Source: Candidatus Deferrimicrobiaceae bacterium
GTDB taxonomy: Bacteria; Desulfobacterota; Deferrimicrobia; Deferrimicrobiales; Deferrimicrobiaceae
Reading direction: 5' to 3'
DNA length: 64,000 nt
Assembly: GCA_963792415.1 (NCBI GenBank)
Contig: CAWBVY010000004.1
Coordinates: 192,001 to 256,000, forward strand
This document shows, in pieces, positions 20,211 through 29,992 of this stretch. The notes beneath the pieces are model-generated. The model did not search any database. It was not told where the DNA came from and saw only the letters and a program-made list of their open reading frames with translations. Position 1 is the first letter of the stretch. The number at the start of each line of letters is the position of its first letter. Made by a program: the position numbers and the translations under genes.

Positions 20211-22121
20211 TCATCCCGTCGTTTCCCCGAGCAGTGCGGGAAGTACCCCCCGTCGCAGCACGACCAGCAGGAGGGCGACGGCCGCCGGGGTCACCCCGGG
20301 GATCCGCTGCGCCTGTCCGATGGAGTCGGGCCGGACCCGGACGAGCTTGTCCCGGACTTCGGCGGAAAGGCCCGGGACGGTTTCGAACGGGAACGTGGAC
20401 GGGAACCGCATCTCTTCGTATTTCTTCATGTTTCTAGCCTCATCTTCCTGCCGTCGGATATACCCTTCATACTTGATGGAAAGTTCCGCCTGCTCCACCG
20501 CCTCCCGGGTCGCCCCCCGCAGCTCCGGGTCGCAGGCAAGGAGCATCGCGCCCGTAACCCCGGGACGGCGCAACGCCTCCGCGTAGGTGATGCCGGGCCG
20601 CAGGAGCGCATCCCCCGCCTGCTCTACCGCGCCGCACAGCGGGTGGCCGGCCCCCACGCGGCCTTCCTCGAGCCGCTTTCGGAACGCATCGATCCCCTCC
20701 CGCTTCGCGAGGAACCGACGGTACCGTTCCTCCGGGAGCAGTCCGACCCGCCGCCCCGTATCGGACAGGCGCAAGTCCGCGTTGTCCTCCCGCAGCAGCA
20801 GCCGGTACTCCGCCCGGGAGGTGAACATCCGGTACGGCTCCAGCGCCCCCTTCGTCGTCAGGTCGTCGATCAGGACCCCGATGTAGGCGTCGGCCCGCGA
20901 GAGCACCATCGGCGGCCTCCCGCTCACCCGAAGCGCCGCGTTGATCCCCGCCACGATCCCTTGCGCCCCCGCCTCTTCGTATCCGCTCGTCCCGTTGATC
21001 TGCCCGGCATGGAACAGGTTTTTCACCAGTTTCGTTTCCAGGGAGGAGTGCAGCTGCACGGGATCGACGAAGTCGTACTCGATCGCGTACCCGGGTCGAA
21101 CGATCTCCACGGATTCCAGCCCCGGGATGGACCGCAGCATCTTCCGCTGAATGTCGTAGGGCAGGCTCGTGGAGACCCCGTTCGGGTAATACTCCGCGGT
21201 CTTCAACCCTTCGGGCTCGAGGAAGACCTGGTGCCGCTCCTTCCCGGAGAACCGGACGACCTTGTCCTCGATGGAGGGGCAGTACCGGGGGCCGATTCCC
21301 TTGATGATCCCTGAATAGAGCGGTGACCGGGAAAGGCCGGACCGGATCGCCTCGTGGGTCGCGGCGTTCGTGTACGTCAGGAAGCACGGAAGCTGCGGCC
21401 GACGGATCGCCTCCGTACCGAAGGAAAAAGGGACGGGCCGATCGTCCCCCTCCTGACGGACGGTCTTCGAGAAGTCGATCGTCTTGGCGTCGAGCCGGGG
21501 GGTGGTGCCGGTTTTCAGGCGCCCGACGGAGAACCCGAGCCGACGGAGGGAATCCGACAGGTGCATGGAGGGGAAATCCCCCGCCCTTCCGGCCGGGTAG
21601 CTCACCATCCCGACATGGACCAATCCTTTCAGGAAGGTCCCGGGGCAAAGGACCACGGTCTTTCCGCGGTACCGGACCTCGAGGTTCGTGTCCACCCCCA
21701 CCGCCGCGTCCCCTTCCACCACGACCGCGTCGACGATCGCCTGCTTCACGTCCAGCCCGTACGTGGCCTCCAGCGCCTTCTTCATCCGGAGACGGTAGAG
21801 CTGCTTGTCCGCCTGGGCGCGCGAGGAGCGCACCGCAGGCCCCTTGCTCGTGTTCAACTGGCGAAATTGAATACCGGTGGCGTCGATGTTCCGCCCCATC
21901 TCCCCGCCCAGCGCGTCGATCTCCCGCACCAGGTGCCCCTTCGCCAATCCCCCGATCGCCGGATTGCACGACATGAGGGCGATGGCGTCCGCGTTGATCG
22001 TCAACAGGAGGGTGGAGCACCCCATCCGCGCCGCCGCCAGCGACGCCTCGCAGCCGGCGTGCCCGCCCCCGACGACGATGACGTCGTACTCTTTCGGATA
22101 TTCGTACGGAGACCCGCTCAT
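20211..22121 (-). CDS. mnmG: tRNA uridine 5-carboxymethylaminomethyl modification enzyme MnmG
   Basis: VVGGGHAGCEA, SCNPAIGG, GPRYCPSIEDK, GQINGTSGYEEA. Confidence 0.98.
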   Translation of the reverse strand: MSGSPYEYPKEYDVIVVGGGHAGCEASLAAARMGCSTLLLTINADAIALMSCNPAIGGLAKGHLVREIDALGGEMGRNIDATGIQFRQLNTSKGPAVRSSRAQADKQLYRLRMKKALEATYGLDVKQAIVDAVVVEGDAAVGVDTNLEVRYRGKTVVLCPGTFLKGLVHVGMVSYPAGRAGDFPSMHLSDSLRRLGFSVGRLKTGTTPRLDAKTIDFSKTVRQEGDDRPVPFSFGTEAIRRPQLPCFLTYTNAATHEAIRSGLSRSPLYSGIIKGIGPRYCPSIEDKVVRFSGKERHQVFLEPEGLKTAEYYPNGVSTSLPYDIQRKMLRSIPGLESVEIVRPGYAIEYDFVDPVQLHSSLETKLVKNLFHAGQINGTSGYEEAGAQGIVAGINAALRVSGRPPMVLSRADAYIGVLIDDLTTKGALEPYRMFTSRAEYRLLLREDNADLRLSDTGRRVGLLPEERYRRFLAKREGIDAFRKRLEEGRVGAGHPLCGAVEQAGDALLRPGITYAEALRRPGVTGAMLLACDPELRGATREAVEQAELSIKYEGYIRRQEDEARNMKKYEEMRFPSTFPFETVPGLSAEVRDKLVRVRPDSIGQAQRIPGVTPAAVALLLVVLRRGVLPALLGETTG

Positions 22122-22135
22122 CGCGTCCCGCTCAA

Positions 22136-22151
22136 TGTTCCACGTGGAACA
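22136..22151. promoter_or_regulatory. parS site 2
   Basis: TGTTCCACGTGGAACA perfect consensus. Confidence 0.92.
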
Positions 22152-22170
22152 CTTTTGATATTCTTTTTAT

Positions 22171-22183
22171 TATCAACTACTTA
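22171..22183 (+). promoter_or_regulatory. Putative IHF binding site
   Basis: TATCAACTACTTA matches WATCAANNNNTTR, with an upstream T-rich tract. Confidence 0.5.
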
Positions 22184-23550
22184 CCTATACAGAATGCGTC
22201 GAAGATCGCGTCGAGGACCTCTTCCGGGGCAACTTCCCCCAGCAGTTCCGCGAGAGCCCCGGCCGCCTCCCGGACATCCGTCGCCGGGAATTCGAGCGGG
22301 AGGCCTTCCGCCGCCGCCACCGACGCGCGGGACAAGGCCGACAGCGCCCGCTCGACCGCCATTCGTTGCCGCGCGCGGGTCAGCGGCGCCTGCGCCCGGA
22401 TCGCGCCCTCGGCCGGCGACACTTCCCTGGCGATCTCCACCAAGAGATCCCGGATCCCCTCCCCTGTTTTCGCGGAGAGGCGCAAGACCCCCCTCTTCCC
22501 CGCCCCGGCGAATCCACCCCCCTCCTCCTCCACCGCCAGGTCCGACTTGTTCAACAGGACCAGATGCGGCAGGGAAGCGACCTCTTCGTACGCGGAACGG
22601 TCCGCCGCCGCCGCCGGCCGGCTGCCGTCCAGAACGAAGAGGACGAGGTCCGCCGTCGCGACGATCTCCCGGCTGCGCCGCACCCCCTCCCGCTCCACCG
22701 GGTCCGCGGTCTCCCGAAGTCCGGCCGTGTCGATCAAGGTCACCGGGACCCCGGCGATGGGGATGTCGGCGTGAAGATAATCCCGCGTGGTCCCGGGGGT
22801 CTCCGTCACGATCGCGCGCTCCTCCCCCGCCAGTCGGTTCAGCAGTCGCGATTTCCCGACGTTCGCGACACCGGCGATCACGATCGTCGCGCCGTCCCGG
22901 TACCGGTGCCCCGCCTCGTACGACCGCAGGAGCCCTTCCAGCCTTGCCATTATTTCCGACACCCGTTCTAATAGTTGCATACTTGTGATCGCCGGGACAT
23001 CGTCCTCTTCCGCGAAATCGATCGCCGCCTCCTGGAGCGTGAGGAGGGAGAGAAGCCGCTCCCGCAGCGGGACGATCTCTTCCCGGATGCCGCCCCGCAT
23101 CTGTCGCAGCGCCGCCCGCGCCGCCTCCTCCGTCCGGGCCGCGATGAGGTCGCAGAGGCCCTCCGCCTGCGTCAGGTCCATCTTCCCCCGGTGAAACGCC
23201 CGTCGGGAGAACTCTCCCGGTTCCGCCGGTACGGCCCCCGCCGCGCACGCCGCCCGGACGACGGTCTCCACCACCACGGGATTGCCGTGAAGGTGGATCT
23301 CCACGACATCCTCTCCGGTGAAGCTGTCCGGTTCGGGGAAGAAGACGGCAAGCGCGACGTCGAGGATCTCCCCGGACGCGTTGCGGACGGAACACCGTCG
23401 CAACATCCTCGGGGGAGCATCGGCAGGGGAGAGACCGGTGAGACGGCCGGCGAGCGGAAAAGCGTCCGGCCCGGAGAGGCGCACGACGGAGATGGCGCCC
23501 GTCCCGCCCGGCGTGGCGGGTGCGACGATCGTCGTGTCTTCGCGGGTCAT
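22177..23550 (-). CDS. mnmE: tRNA modification GTPase MnmE
   Basis: SFTGEDVVE, GVANVGKS, PGTTRD, DTAG, NKSD, FCIGK end. Confidence 0.97.
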   Translation of the reverse strand: MTREDTTIVAPATPGGTGAISVVRLSGPDAFPLAGRLTGLSPADAPPRMLRRCSVRNASGEILDVALAVFFPEPDSFTGEDVVEIHLHGNPVVVETVVRAACAAGAVPAEPGEFSRRAFHRGKMDLTQAEGLCDLIAARTEEAARAALRQMRGGIREEIVPLRERLLSLLTLQEAAIDFAEEDDVPAITSMQLLERVSEIMARLEGLLRSYEAGHRYRDGATIVIAGVANVGKSRLLNRLAGEERAIVTETPGTTRDYLHADIPIAGVPVTLIDTAGLRETADPVEREGVRRSREIVATADLVLFVLDGSRPAAAADRSAYEEVASLPHLVLLNKSDLAVEEEGGGFAGAGKRGVLRLSAKTGEGIRDLLVEIAREVSPAEGAIRAQAPLTRARQRMAVERALSALSRASVAAAEGLPLEFPATDVREAAGALAELLGEVAPEEVLDAIFDAFCIGK

Positions 23551-23557
23551 CCGGGCG

Positions 23558-25240
23558 TTACGCCGTTGCGGTTTTTGCCGCCTCCGCCTTGCGGTTGTAG
23601 ATCATCTGCTGCCCGATGGCGAGGATGTTGTTCACCAGCCAGTAGATGACGAGCCCGGTCGGGAAGCTCCAGAACATGAAGGTGAAGATGAGGGGCATGA
23701 ACAGCATCATCTTCTGCTGCATCGGCTCCATCCCCGCCGACGGCGTCATCTTCTGCTGGACGAACATGGAGACCCCCATCAGGAGCGGCAGCAGGCGGAT
23801 CGGCAAATCGTACCCCGCGACGGCGATGTTCCAGAGGTGCTCGGGGGCGGACAGGTCGTTTATCCAGAGGAAGAACGGCGCGTGCCGCAGCTCGATCGTG
23901 ACCAGCAGCCCCTTGTAGAGGGCGATGAACACCGGGATCTGGGCAACCATCGGCAGGCATCCGGAGAGGGGATTGATCTTGTACGTCTTGTACAGGTTCA
24001 TCGTCTCCTGGTTGAGGCGCTGCGTGTCCCCCTTGTACTTCTCCTTCAGCGTCTTGATGATCGGCCCCAGTTCCTGCATCTTCCGCATGGAGACGATCGA
24101 CTTCTGCGTGAGGGGGTAGAAGAGGATCTTGATCAGGATGGTGAGCAGGATGATGTCGATTCCGTAGTTCCCCGTCACCCTGTTGCTCGCCTTCATCAGG
24201 AAAACGAGAGGTTTCGCGACGACGGCGAACCATCCGAAGTCGATCAGATCGGGAAGATCCTTCCCCGTGGCCTCGAGCAGCGCGGACCGCTTCGGTCCCG
24301 CGAAGACGCGGGCTCCTGCGCGAACCGTGTCGCCCGGCTGCAGCGTCGCCGCCGTGTCGGCCGCCGCCACCCGGGCGCCGGTCTCCCCGACCAGCGCCGC
24401 CCGTGTAACCGACCACTCCCGCTCGGGCAGGAGGATCCAGGTGAAATATTTCGCGTCTGCCGCGATCCACCGCGCAGGACCCTTTTCGATTTTCCCCTTG
24501 GAGATGTCCTTCAGGTCGTACCGCTTCAGGCCCGATTTGCCGGAACCGACGACGATGCCGTGGAAGGAGTAGGAGTCTCCGGCGAGCTCTCCCTCGTAGA
24601 TCTGTTCGAGCTCGAGCCCGGGGCGGATCGCGACCGGCTCCCTCGACCCGTTGGTCGTCTGGACACGGGCCTCGAACTCGTACTTGTCCCCATGGAACTC
24701 GTACTCCCGCGACACCCGGACCCCGGTGGTCGATTCCCACGTGAGCAGGACGCTCCGGGTCTCTCCCGCCTTCACCACGATCTCGGCCGGGGCGTCGGAA
24801 GAGAAGGCCAGGGGGGAGGGCAGGGGAGGGCGGTCCTCGTCGAGGTAGAGCGACAGCGTCGGATGGAGCGGCGCCTTTCCACCGAGGATGTCAAGCGGCC
24901 GCCCGGTGGGACCGGGAGCGTCCTTGTACCCGGACAGAAGGAAGGAGGAAACGCCGCCGCCCTCGGTGGCGAGGGACACGGAGTACAGGGGGGTCTTCAC
25001 CGTGATCGTCCGGCCCGACACGGCGGCCTTGGCCGCGAGTCCTCCGGCGACGGACGCCGGGCCGGGGGCCGGCGCTTCCTTCGCCGCCGGGGCGGGAACG
25101 GGGGCAACCGCCGCCCCGTTGTCCTTCCCCGCCGCCGCACCCGGAGGAGCCGGAGGAGGAGGGGCAGGGGAGTAGAAGTGCTGATATCCGATCAGGACGG
25201 CGATCGACAAAGCGATCGCCAGCATCATCCGTTTTTCCAT
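23558..25240 (-). CDS. yidC: Membrane protein insertase YidC
   Basis: IDFGWF, NPLSGCLP, ELRHAPF, GLVIYW. Confidence 0.97.
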   Translation of the reverse strand: MEKRMMLAIALSIAVLIGYQHFYSPAPPPPAPPGAAAGKDNGAAVAPVPAPAAKEAPAPGPASVAGGLAAKAAVSGRTITVKTPLYSVSLATEGGGVSSFLLSGYKDAPGPTGRPLDILGGKAPLHPTLSLYLDEDRPPLPSPLAFSSDAPAEIVVKAGETRSVLLTWESTTGVRVSREYEFHGDKYEFEARVQTTNGSREPVAIRPGLELEQIYEGELAGDSYSFHGIVVGSGKSGLKRYDLKDISKGKIEKGPARWIAADAKYFTWILLPEREWSVTRAALVGETGARVAAADTAATLQPGDTVRAGARVFAGPKRSALLEATGKDLPDLIDFGWFAVVAKPLVFLMKASNRVTGNYGIDIILLTILIKILFYPLTQKSIVSMRKMQELGPIIKTLKEKYKGDTQRLNQETMNLYKTYKINPLSGCLPMVAQIPVFIALYKGLLVTIELRHAPFFLWINDLSAPEHLWNIAVAGYDLPIRLLPLLMGVSMFVQQKMTPSAGMEPMQQKMMLFMPLIFTFMFWSFPTGLVIYWLVNNILAIGQQMIYNRKAEAAKTATA

Positions 25241-25482
25241 GGTGCCCTCGTTCCGAAAAGTTGAATCCGACGGGGCAGGTCGACGCCTCCCTTATTGAAG
25301 GGATGGCACCTGACGATCCGCCGGATTCCGTCCAGCGCCCCGAGGATCGTCCCGTTCAGTCGGATCGACCCGATCATGTACTCGGAGCAGTTGGGATGGA
25401 ACCTGCAGCAGTTGCCTATGTAAGGGGAAACCGCTGTCTGGTACAGCCTCAGGAGGCCGATGAGGAGCTGTCGGGGCCGCAC
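25225..25482 (-). CDS. yidD: Membrane protein insertion efficiency factor
   Basis: YQTAVSP...CRFHPNCSEY...RCHPF...GGVD; GTG start inferred. Confidence 0.9.
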   Translation of the reverse strand: MRPRQLLIGLLRLYQTAVSPYIGNCCRFHPNCSEYMIGSIRLNGTILGALDGIRRIVRCHPFNKGGVDLPRRIQLFGTRAPWKNG

Positions 25483-25859
25483 GGGGAGTCTCCCTCGCCT
25501 CCCCAGCGCCGTTGAAGCGCGGGGAGCAGTTCGGCGCACACTGAGTCAAGAACCGCCCCCTCGGGGGGCTTCCGGACCACGATCGCGGTCCGGGTCCCCA
25601 CCGGGAAGACGCTTTTGTGCATCCGGTAGAATTCCCGCAACAGCCGCTTGGCGCGGTTACGGGCAACGGCGTCCCCCGCGCGTTTCCCGGCGGAGATGCC
25701 CACCTGGCGTTTTCCCCCGCCCAGGGAGTCGCGGTAGACCGTATAATGCGTCGTATGCAGGCGTGCGCCCTTGCGCACCACCTCCCGGAACTCCCGGTCG
25801 GTGCGCAGGCGCTCGCTCGCGGGGAAGTCCCGCGGCCGTTCCCCAGGGGGAACGGTCAC
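25449..25859 (-). CDS. rnpA: Ribonuclease P protein component
   Basis: [16 protein letters not shown] motif; synteny. Confidence 0.93.
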   Translation of the reverse strand: MTVPPGERPRDFPASERLRTDREFREVVRKGARLHTTHYTVYRDSLGGGKRQVGISAGKRAGDAVARNRAKRLLREFYRMHKSVFPVGTRTAIVVRKPPEGAVLDSVCAELLPALQRRWGGEGDSPCGPDSSSSAS

Positions 25860-26008
25860 TTCTTGCCGCTGACCGTTACGGAGAGACGCTTCCGCCCCTT
25901 GGCGCGGCGCCGTGAAATGACTTTCCTGCCGCCGGGGGTCGACATCCGCTCCCGGAACCCGTGGGTTCTTTTCCGCCGCAGGTTGTGCGGCTGGTACGTG
26001 CGCTTCAT
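25856..26008 (-). CDS. rpmH: 50S ribosomal protein L34 (not in ORF track)
   Basis: Manual translation [42 protein letters not shown]. Confidence 0.97.
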   Translation of the reverse strand: MKRTYQPHNLRRKRTHGFRERMSTPGGRKVISRRRAKGRKRLSVTVSGKK

Positions 26009-26124
26009 GGGAATTTCGCTCCTTCCATCAACACGACTCGCTCAAATGACGGGAATTGTATAATCTATTGCCTTATGGACCACCGTGTCAACCGGTTTTC
26101 CGGCAGGACACGTCCGGGGAGCCC

Positions 26125-27027
26125 ATGCCTACGAAGAACATTCCGCGGTTCGATCTGCGCAGGCTGTTCGGTCTTCCCCTCCTCTCGGCGGGAAAGGGGC
26201 CGGGTGCGCCCGCGCCCCTCGACAGCGAGCTCCTCTTCGACCTGACCGGGGAGAATCCGGAGAACCGGCTCTTCGGCCGTTACGGTCCCGAGGAGCTCCG
26301 GGACCGCCTCGTCGCATCGGGACTGCTGGCCGGCCTCTCGGAGCGGGGGTATACGGACCCGCTCCTTCGCCTCTCGTGCGCCGATCCCTCCGACCAGCGG
26401 ATCTGCCTGTACGCCGGGGAGGAGGCCCGTGAGCGGCTCCTCCTCGAAACGCGCCTGCAACTGGCCCCCTTCCACCCGCGCCGACCCATCGGACCCTTCA
26501 CGGAGGAGTCCTCCTTCCGGATGCTCGTGATCCACTGGCTCGTCCTCTCTTCCCCCGACGGGACGTTCACCGTCGACCGGCCGCGCCTTCCGGGGCAGGA
26601 GAAGCCCGGGCTGGGACTGCTGAACCCGACGATCGCGCTGCTCAAAGCCCTCTCCCGGGAACTGTCCGTCGACGGCGTGCTCGATGTCCCGGACCATTTC
26701 CACACGGCACTTTTCTACTCCCGCGCATTCCGCTATCTCGACCCGGAGGCGGAGGGGCGGTTCCTGGCGATCGCACGCGACCTTTCCGGCATCCCGCTGA
26801 CGCTGGCCTCCGACGCGATCCGGGAAGGGTGCCTCGTCGAACGGACGACCGGGGCCTCGATCTCCTGGCCCGCCGCGGAGCAGGTGCTGGCGCTGCGCGG
26901 ACCGCTGGCCCGTTTCCTTCGGTCCCCTTCGTATCGCGAGGCCAGAAACCGGGCGTTGGCAGATCATCGGTTCGTTGTCAACTGGGATCTTTACCGGGAG
27001 AACCTCGCCCACCGGGACCGCCCGTAA
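26125..27027 (+). CDS. Conserved hypothetical protein between rpmH and dnaA
   Basis: 300-aa ORF with native codon style; motifs RPRLPGQEKPGLG and PDHFHTA. Confidence 0.7.
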   Translation: MPTKNIPRFDLRRLFGLPLLSAGKGPGAPAPLDSELLFDLTGENPENRLFGRYGPEELRDRLVASGLLAGLSERGYTDPLLRLSCADPSDQRICLYAGEEARERLLLETRLQLAPFHPRRPIGPFTEESSFRMLVIHWLVLSSPDGTFTVDRPRLPGQEKPGLGLLNPTIALLKALSRELSVDGVLDVPDHFHTALFYSRAFRYLDPEAEGRFLAIARDLSGIPLTLASDAIREGCLVERTTGASISWPAAEQVLALRGPLARFLRSPSYREARNRALADHRFVVNWDLYRENLAHRDRP

Positions 27028-27191
27028 AAATATCCTTGCGTCCCGTTTTTCGCGTGTGGTACCCTCCATCCCTCATCTGCTTCCTTCCTGTCGTACGGAG
27101 GCGGAAACGGATCCGGCCCTCTCGCGGGAATACCGGTGAGAAAACCAAAGAAATCGTCACCTAAGGTGCTGAAATTCAAGGGAAATAAAGG

Positions 27192-27211
27192 TTATCCACA
27201 CCTGTGGAAAA
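27192..27211. promoter_or_regulatory. DnaA-box pair upstream of dnaA
   Basis: TTATCCACA (27192-27200) and inverted TGTGGAAAA (27203-27211) in an AT-rich context. Confidence 0.8.
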
Positions 27212-27316
27212 ACATGTTGGCAACTATTTCGCCTTCTCCCCCGCATTCCGGCCGGAAAATGAACGTATTTTCGATACTTTCCCCATCATGACCCGCATGC
27301 GCCCGGAGCCTGCCGC

Positions 27317-28663
27317 GTGACCGCGAAGGCATGGGAAAGGGTTCTCGCCCAGCTGCGCGGCGAGGTGAGCGAGCAGGTGTTCGAGACGTGGCTGCGCCCC
27401 CTGCGCTTCGTCGCGCGTGAAGGCCCGATTCTCTTCGTCGCCACCCCTCACAAGTTCTTCAAGGAGTGGATCGAGGAGAACCATCTCGCCCGGATCGAGG
27501 AAATCTCCAGGAAGGAGCTTGCGGAGGAGGTCACCGTCGAGATCCTGGTCGGGAACGAGGAGGAGGACCCTCTTTCCCCGGCGGTCGTGTCGTCCAGACT
27601 GCTGCAACTCCCCGAGGAAACCGTCACGCGCGCCCGCTCGGTGTTCGGTCCCCTGAACAACCGGTACACGTTCGACCGGTTCGTCGTCGGTACCGGAAAC
27701 CAGTTCGCGCACGCGGCCTCCGTCGCGGTGGCCAACGACCCGGGAAACAGCTACAACCCCCTCTTCGTCTATGGGGGCGTCGGTCTGGGGAAGACGCACC
27801 TTCTGCACGCCATCGGAAACGCGGCGCTGGAAAAGTCCCCTCGACTCAAGGTGTGCTACATCCCCGCCGAGAAGTTCACCAACGACCTCATCGCCTCCCT
27901 GCGCTCCGGCAAGATGTCCGACTTCAAGGAGCGATACCGGAACGTCGACCTGCTGCTGATGGATGACGTGCAGTTCATCGCGGGGAAGCGAAGCACCCAG
28001 GAGGAGTTCTTCCACACCTTCAACGAGCTGTACTCCTCCCGCCGTCAGGTCGTGGTGTCCAGCGACAAGTTTCCGAAGGAGATCCCCGACCTCGAGGAGA
28101 GGATCCAGTCGCGCTTCGAGTGGGGTCTTGTCGCCGACATCCAGGCGCCCGACATCGAGACGCGTGTGGCGATCCTCAACCGGAAGGCGGAGGCGGAACA
28201 GATTCTTCTTCCGGAAGACGTGGCGCTGTATCTGGCGACCATGGTGAAAAACAACATCCGCGAGCTCGAAGGGTGTCTCATCCGGATCGGGGCCCACGCA
28301 TCGCTTACCCGCAGGGAGATCAACCTCGAACTGGCGAAAACGATCCTCGCACCGATCCTTGGCAACAGCGGCCGGGAGGTTTCCCCCGATCACATCCAGA
28401 AATCGGTCGCGGAGCATTACGGCGTGAAGGTCTCCGAGCTTCGGTCCGACCGGAAGCACAAGGTGATCGCGATGCCGCGCCAGGTGGCGATGTTCCTGAT
28501 GCGCGAGATGACGCGCTGCTCTTTTCCCGACATCGGGAAGCAGTTCGGGGGACGGGATCACACCACGGCGATGTACGCCGTAAAAAAAATTGAGAAGAAA
28601 CTCGCAGACGATGTATCTTTAAGGAACACGCTGGACATCCTCCGGAAGAAAATCGAGGGATAA
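27317..28663 (+). CDS. dnaA: Chromosomal replication initiator DnaA
   Basis: YNPLFVYGGVGLGKTHL, DDVQF, QEEFFHTFN, GGRDHTT. Confidence 0.99.
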   Translation: MTAKAWERVLAQLRGEVSEQVFETWLRPLRFVAREGPILFVATPHKFFKEWIEENHLARIEEISRKELAEEVTVEILVGNEEEDPLSPAVVSSRLLQLPEETVTRARSVFGPLNNRYTFDRFVVGTGNQFAHAASVAVANDPGNSYNPLFVYGGVGLGKTHLLHAIGNAALEKSPRLKVCYIPAEKFTNDLIASLRSGKMSDFKERYRNVDLLLMDDVQFIAGKRSTQEEFFHTFNELYSSRRQVVVSSDKFPKEIPDLEERIQSRFEWGLVADIQAPDIETRVAILNRKAEAEQILLPEDVALYLATMVKNNIRELEGCLIRIGAHASLTRREINLELAKTILAPILGNSGREVSPDHIQKSVAEHYGVKVSELRSDRKHKVIAMPRQVAMFLMREMTRCSFPDIGKQFGGRDHTTAMYAVKKIEKKLADDVSLRNTLDILRKKIEG

Positions 28664-28835
28664 CCTGTGGAGAAAAAGAATGGTGCCCCGCTGTCCACAG
28701 ACCGTGTCTTCCCGGGGCGATGTTGCGCACAGATTCCCACACAGCCCCGTCCCGGGATGCGCGGCGTCCCCGCCGGCTTCTCCACAGAGTGCACACTCCC
28801 TGCTACGACTGCGGTCTTTTCAATTCTTACTACAG
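28655..28835. other. Probable oriC unwinding region in the dnaA-dnaN spacer
   Basis: DnaA-box-like TGTGGAGAA (28666), CTGTCCACA (28691), TTCTCCACA (28778) plus tandem GAGTGCACA, then a CCC motif, degenerate trio-like TGCTACGAC and an AT-rich tract. Confidence 0.65.
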
Positions 28836-28848
28836 GAAGAGGCAGACG

Positions 28849-29973
28849 ATGAACTTTACTGTGGACAGAGATCTGCTCATCGACGTGCTCACCGGAATCC
28901 AGGGTGTCGCGGAGCGACGACACACGATGCCCGTACTCTCCCACGCGTTGCTGACCATCGGCGGCGGAAACCTGACGGTGGTGTCGTCGGACCTTGAGAT
29001 CGTGGTCCGCTGTCTGCAGCCGATCGCCGCGGGCGAACCCGGGTCGATCGCCCTCCCGGCCCGCAAACTGCTCGACATCGCCAAGGTGCTTCCGAAGGAA
29101 TCCACGGTGAGCGTCGCCGGGAAAGAGGGGAACTACGTCGAGATCTCCTCGGGCCGGTCCCATTTCCGCCTTGCGGGATTGCCTTCACAGGAATTCCCCG
29201 AGATGCCGGAAAAGCCGTCGGGGAAAACGGTATCGATCGACGGAGACACCTTCCGGAGGCTTTCCGAGCGCGTGGTGCCGTTCGCCTCCTCCGACGAAAC
29301 GCGGTACAACCTCGCCGGGATCCTGCTCGAGCGGGCCGAAACGGAGTCGGGGTCGATGCTGCGGATGGTTGCCACGGACGGTCACCGGCTGGCGATGGCC
29401 GACGGCGAGGTCGGAAACGTCGGGGAACTTCTCGCGTCGCGAAAGATCCTCGTTCCCAAGAAGGGGATACAGGAGATCCGCAAGCTCGCGGAGAGCGGGC
29501 CCGGCTCCATCGAACTGTCCGCGTCGGAGAAGTTCCTGTTCGCCGCGAAGGGGGATACGGAGGTCTGGGTACGGCTGCTCGACGCCGATTTCCCGGACTA
29601 CCGGCAGGTCGTGCCGAAGGAGAACCAGCTGACGGCCACGGTGGCCCGCGATGCCTTCGCCGAAGTGCTGCGCCGCGTCGCCGTCATGGCGCCCGACAAG
29701 GTGCACAGCGTGAGGCTCTCCTTTTCGGGGAAGCAACTGGAAGTCTCGTCGACCAGCCCGGATCAGGGGGAAGCCAGGGACCTTCTGGAATCGGAGTACG
29801 AAGGTCCCGCGATGAAGATCGGGTTCAACGGAAGGTATCTGCAGGATGCGGTCTCGGGGGTTTCGGAGGAGAAGATGGTTCTGCAACTGAAGGACGAGGT
29901 CTCGCAGGTGATCCTTCGTCCGGAGAAAGAGAGCAACTACCTGGCGATCGTGATGCCGATGAGGATCTATTAA
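28849..29973 (+). CDS. dnaN: DNA polymerase III beta clamp
   Basis: VATDGHRL, FPDYRQV, IGFNGRYL, IVMPMR. Confidence 0.98.
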   Translation: MNFTVDRDLLIDVLTGIQGVAERRHTMPVLSHALLTIGGGNLTVVSSDLEIVVRCLQPIAAGEPGSIALPARKLLDIAKVLPKESTVSVAGKEGNYVEISSGRSHFRLAGLPSQEFPEMPEKPSGKTVSIDGDTFRRLSERVVPFASSDETRYNLAGILLERAETESGSMLRMVATDGHRLAMADGEVGNVGELLASRKILVPKKGIQEIRKLAESGPGSIELSASEKFLFAAKGDTEVWVRLLDADFPDYRQVVPKENQLTATVARDAFAEVLRRVAVMAPDKVHSVRLSFSGKQLEVSSTSPDQGEARDLLESEYEGPAMKIGFNGRYLQDAVSGVSEEKMVLQLKDEVSQVILRPEKESNYLAIVMPMRIY

Positions 29974-29992
29974 GCGGGTTAACTCAAGAGTC

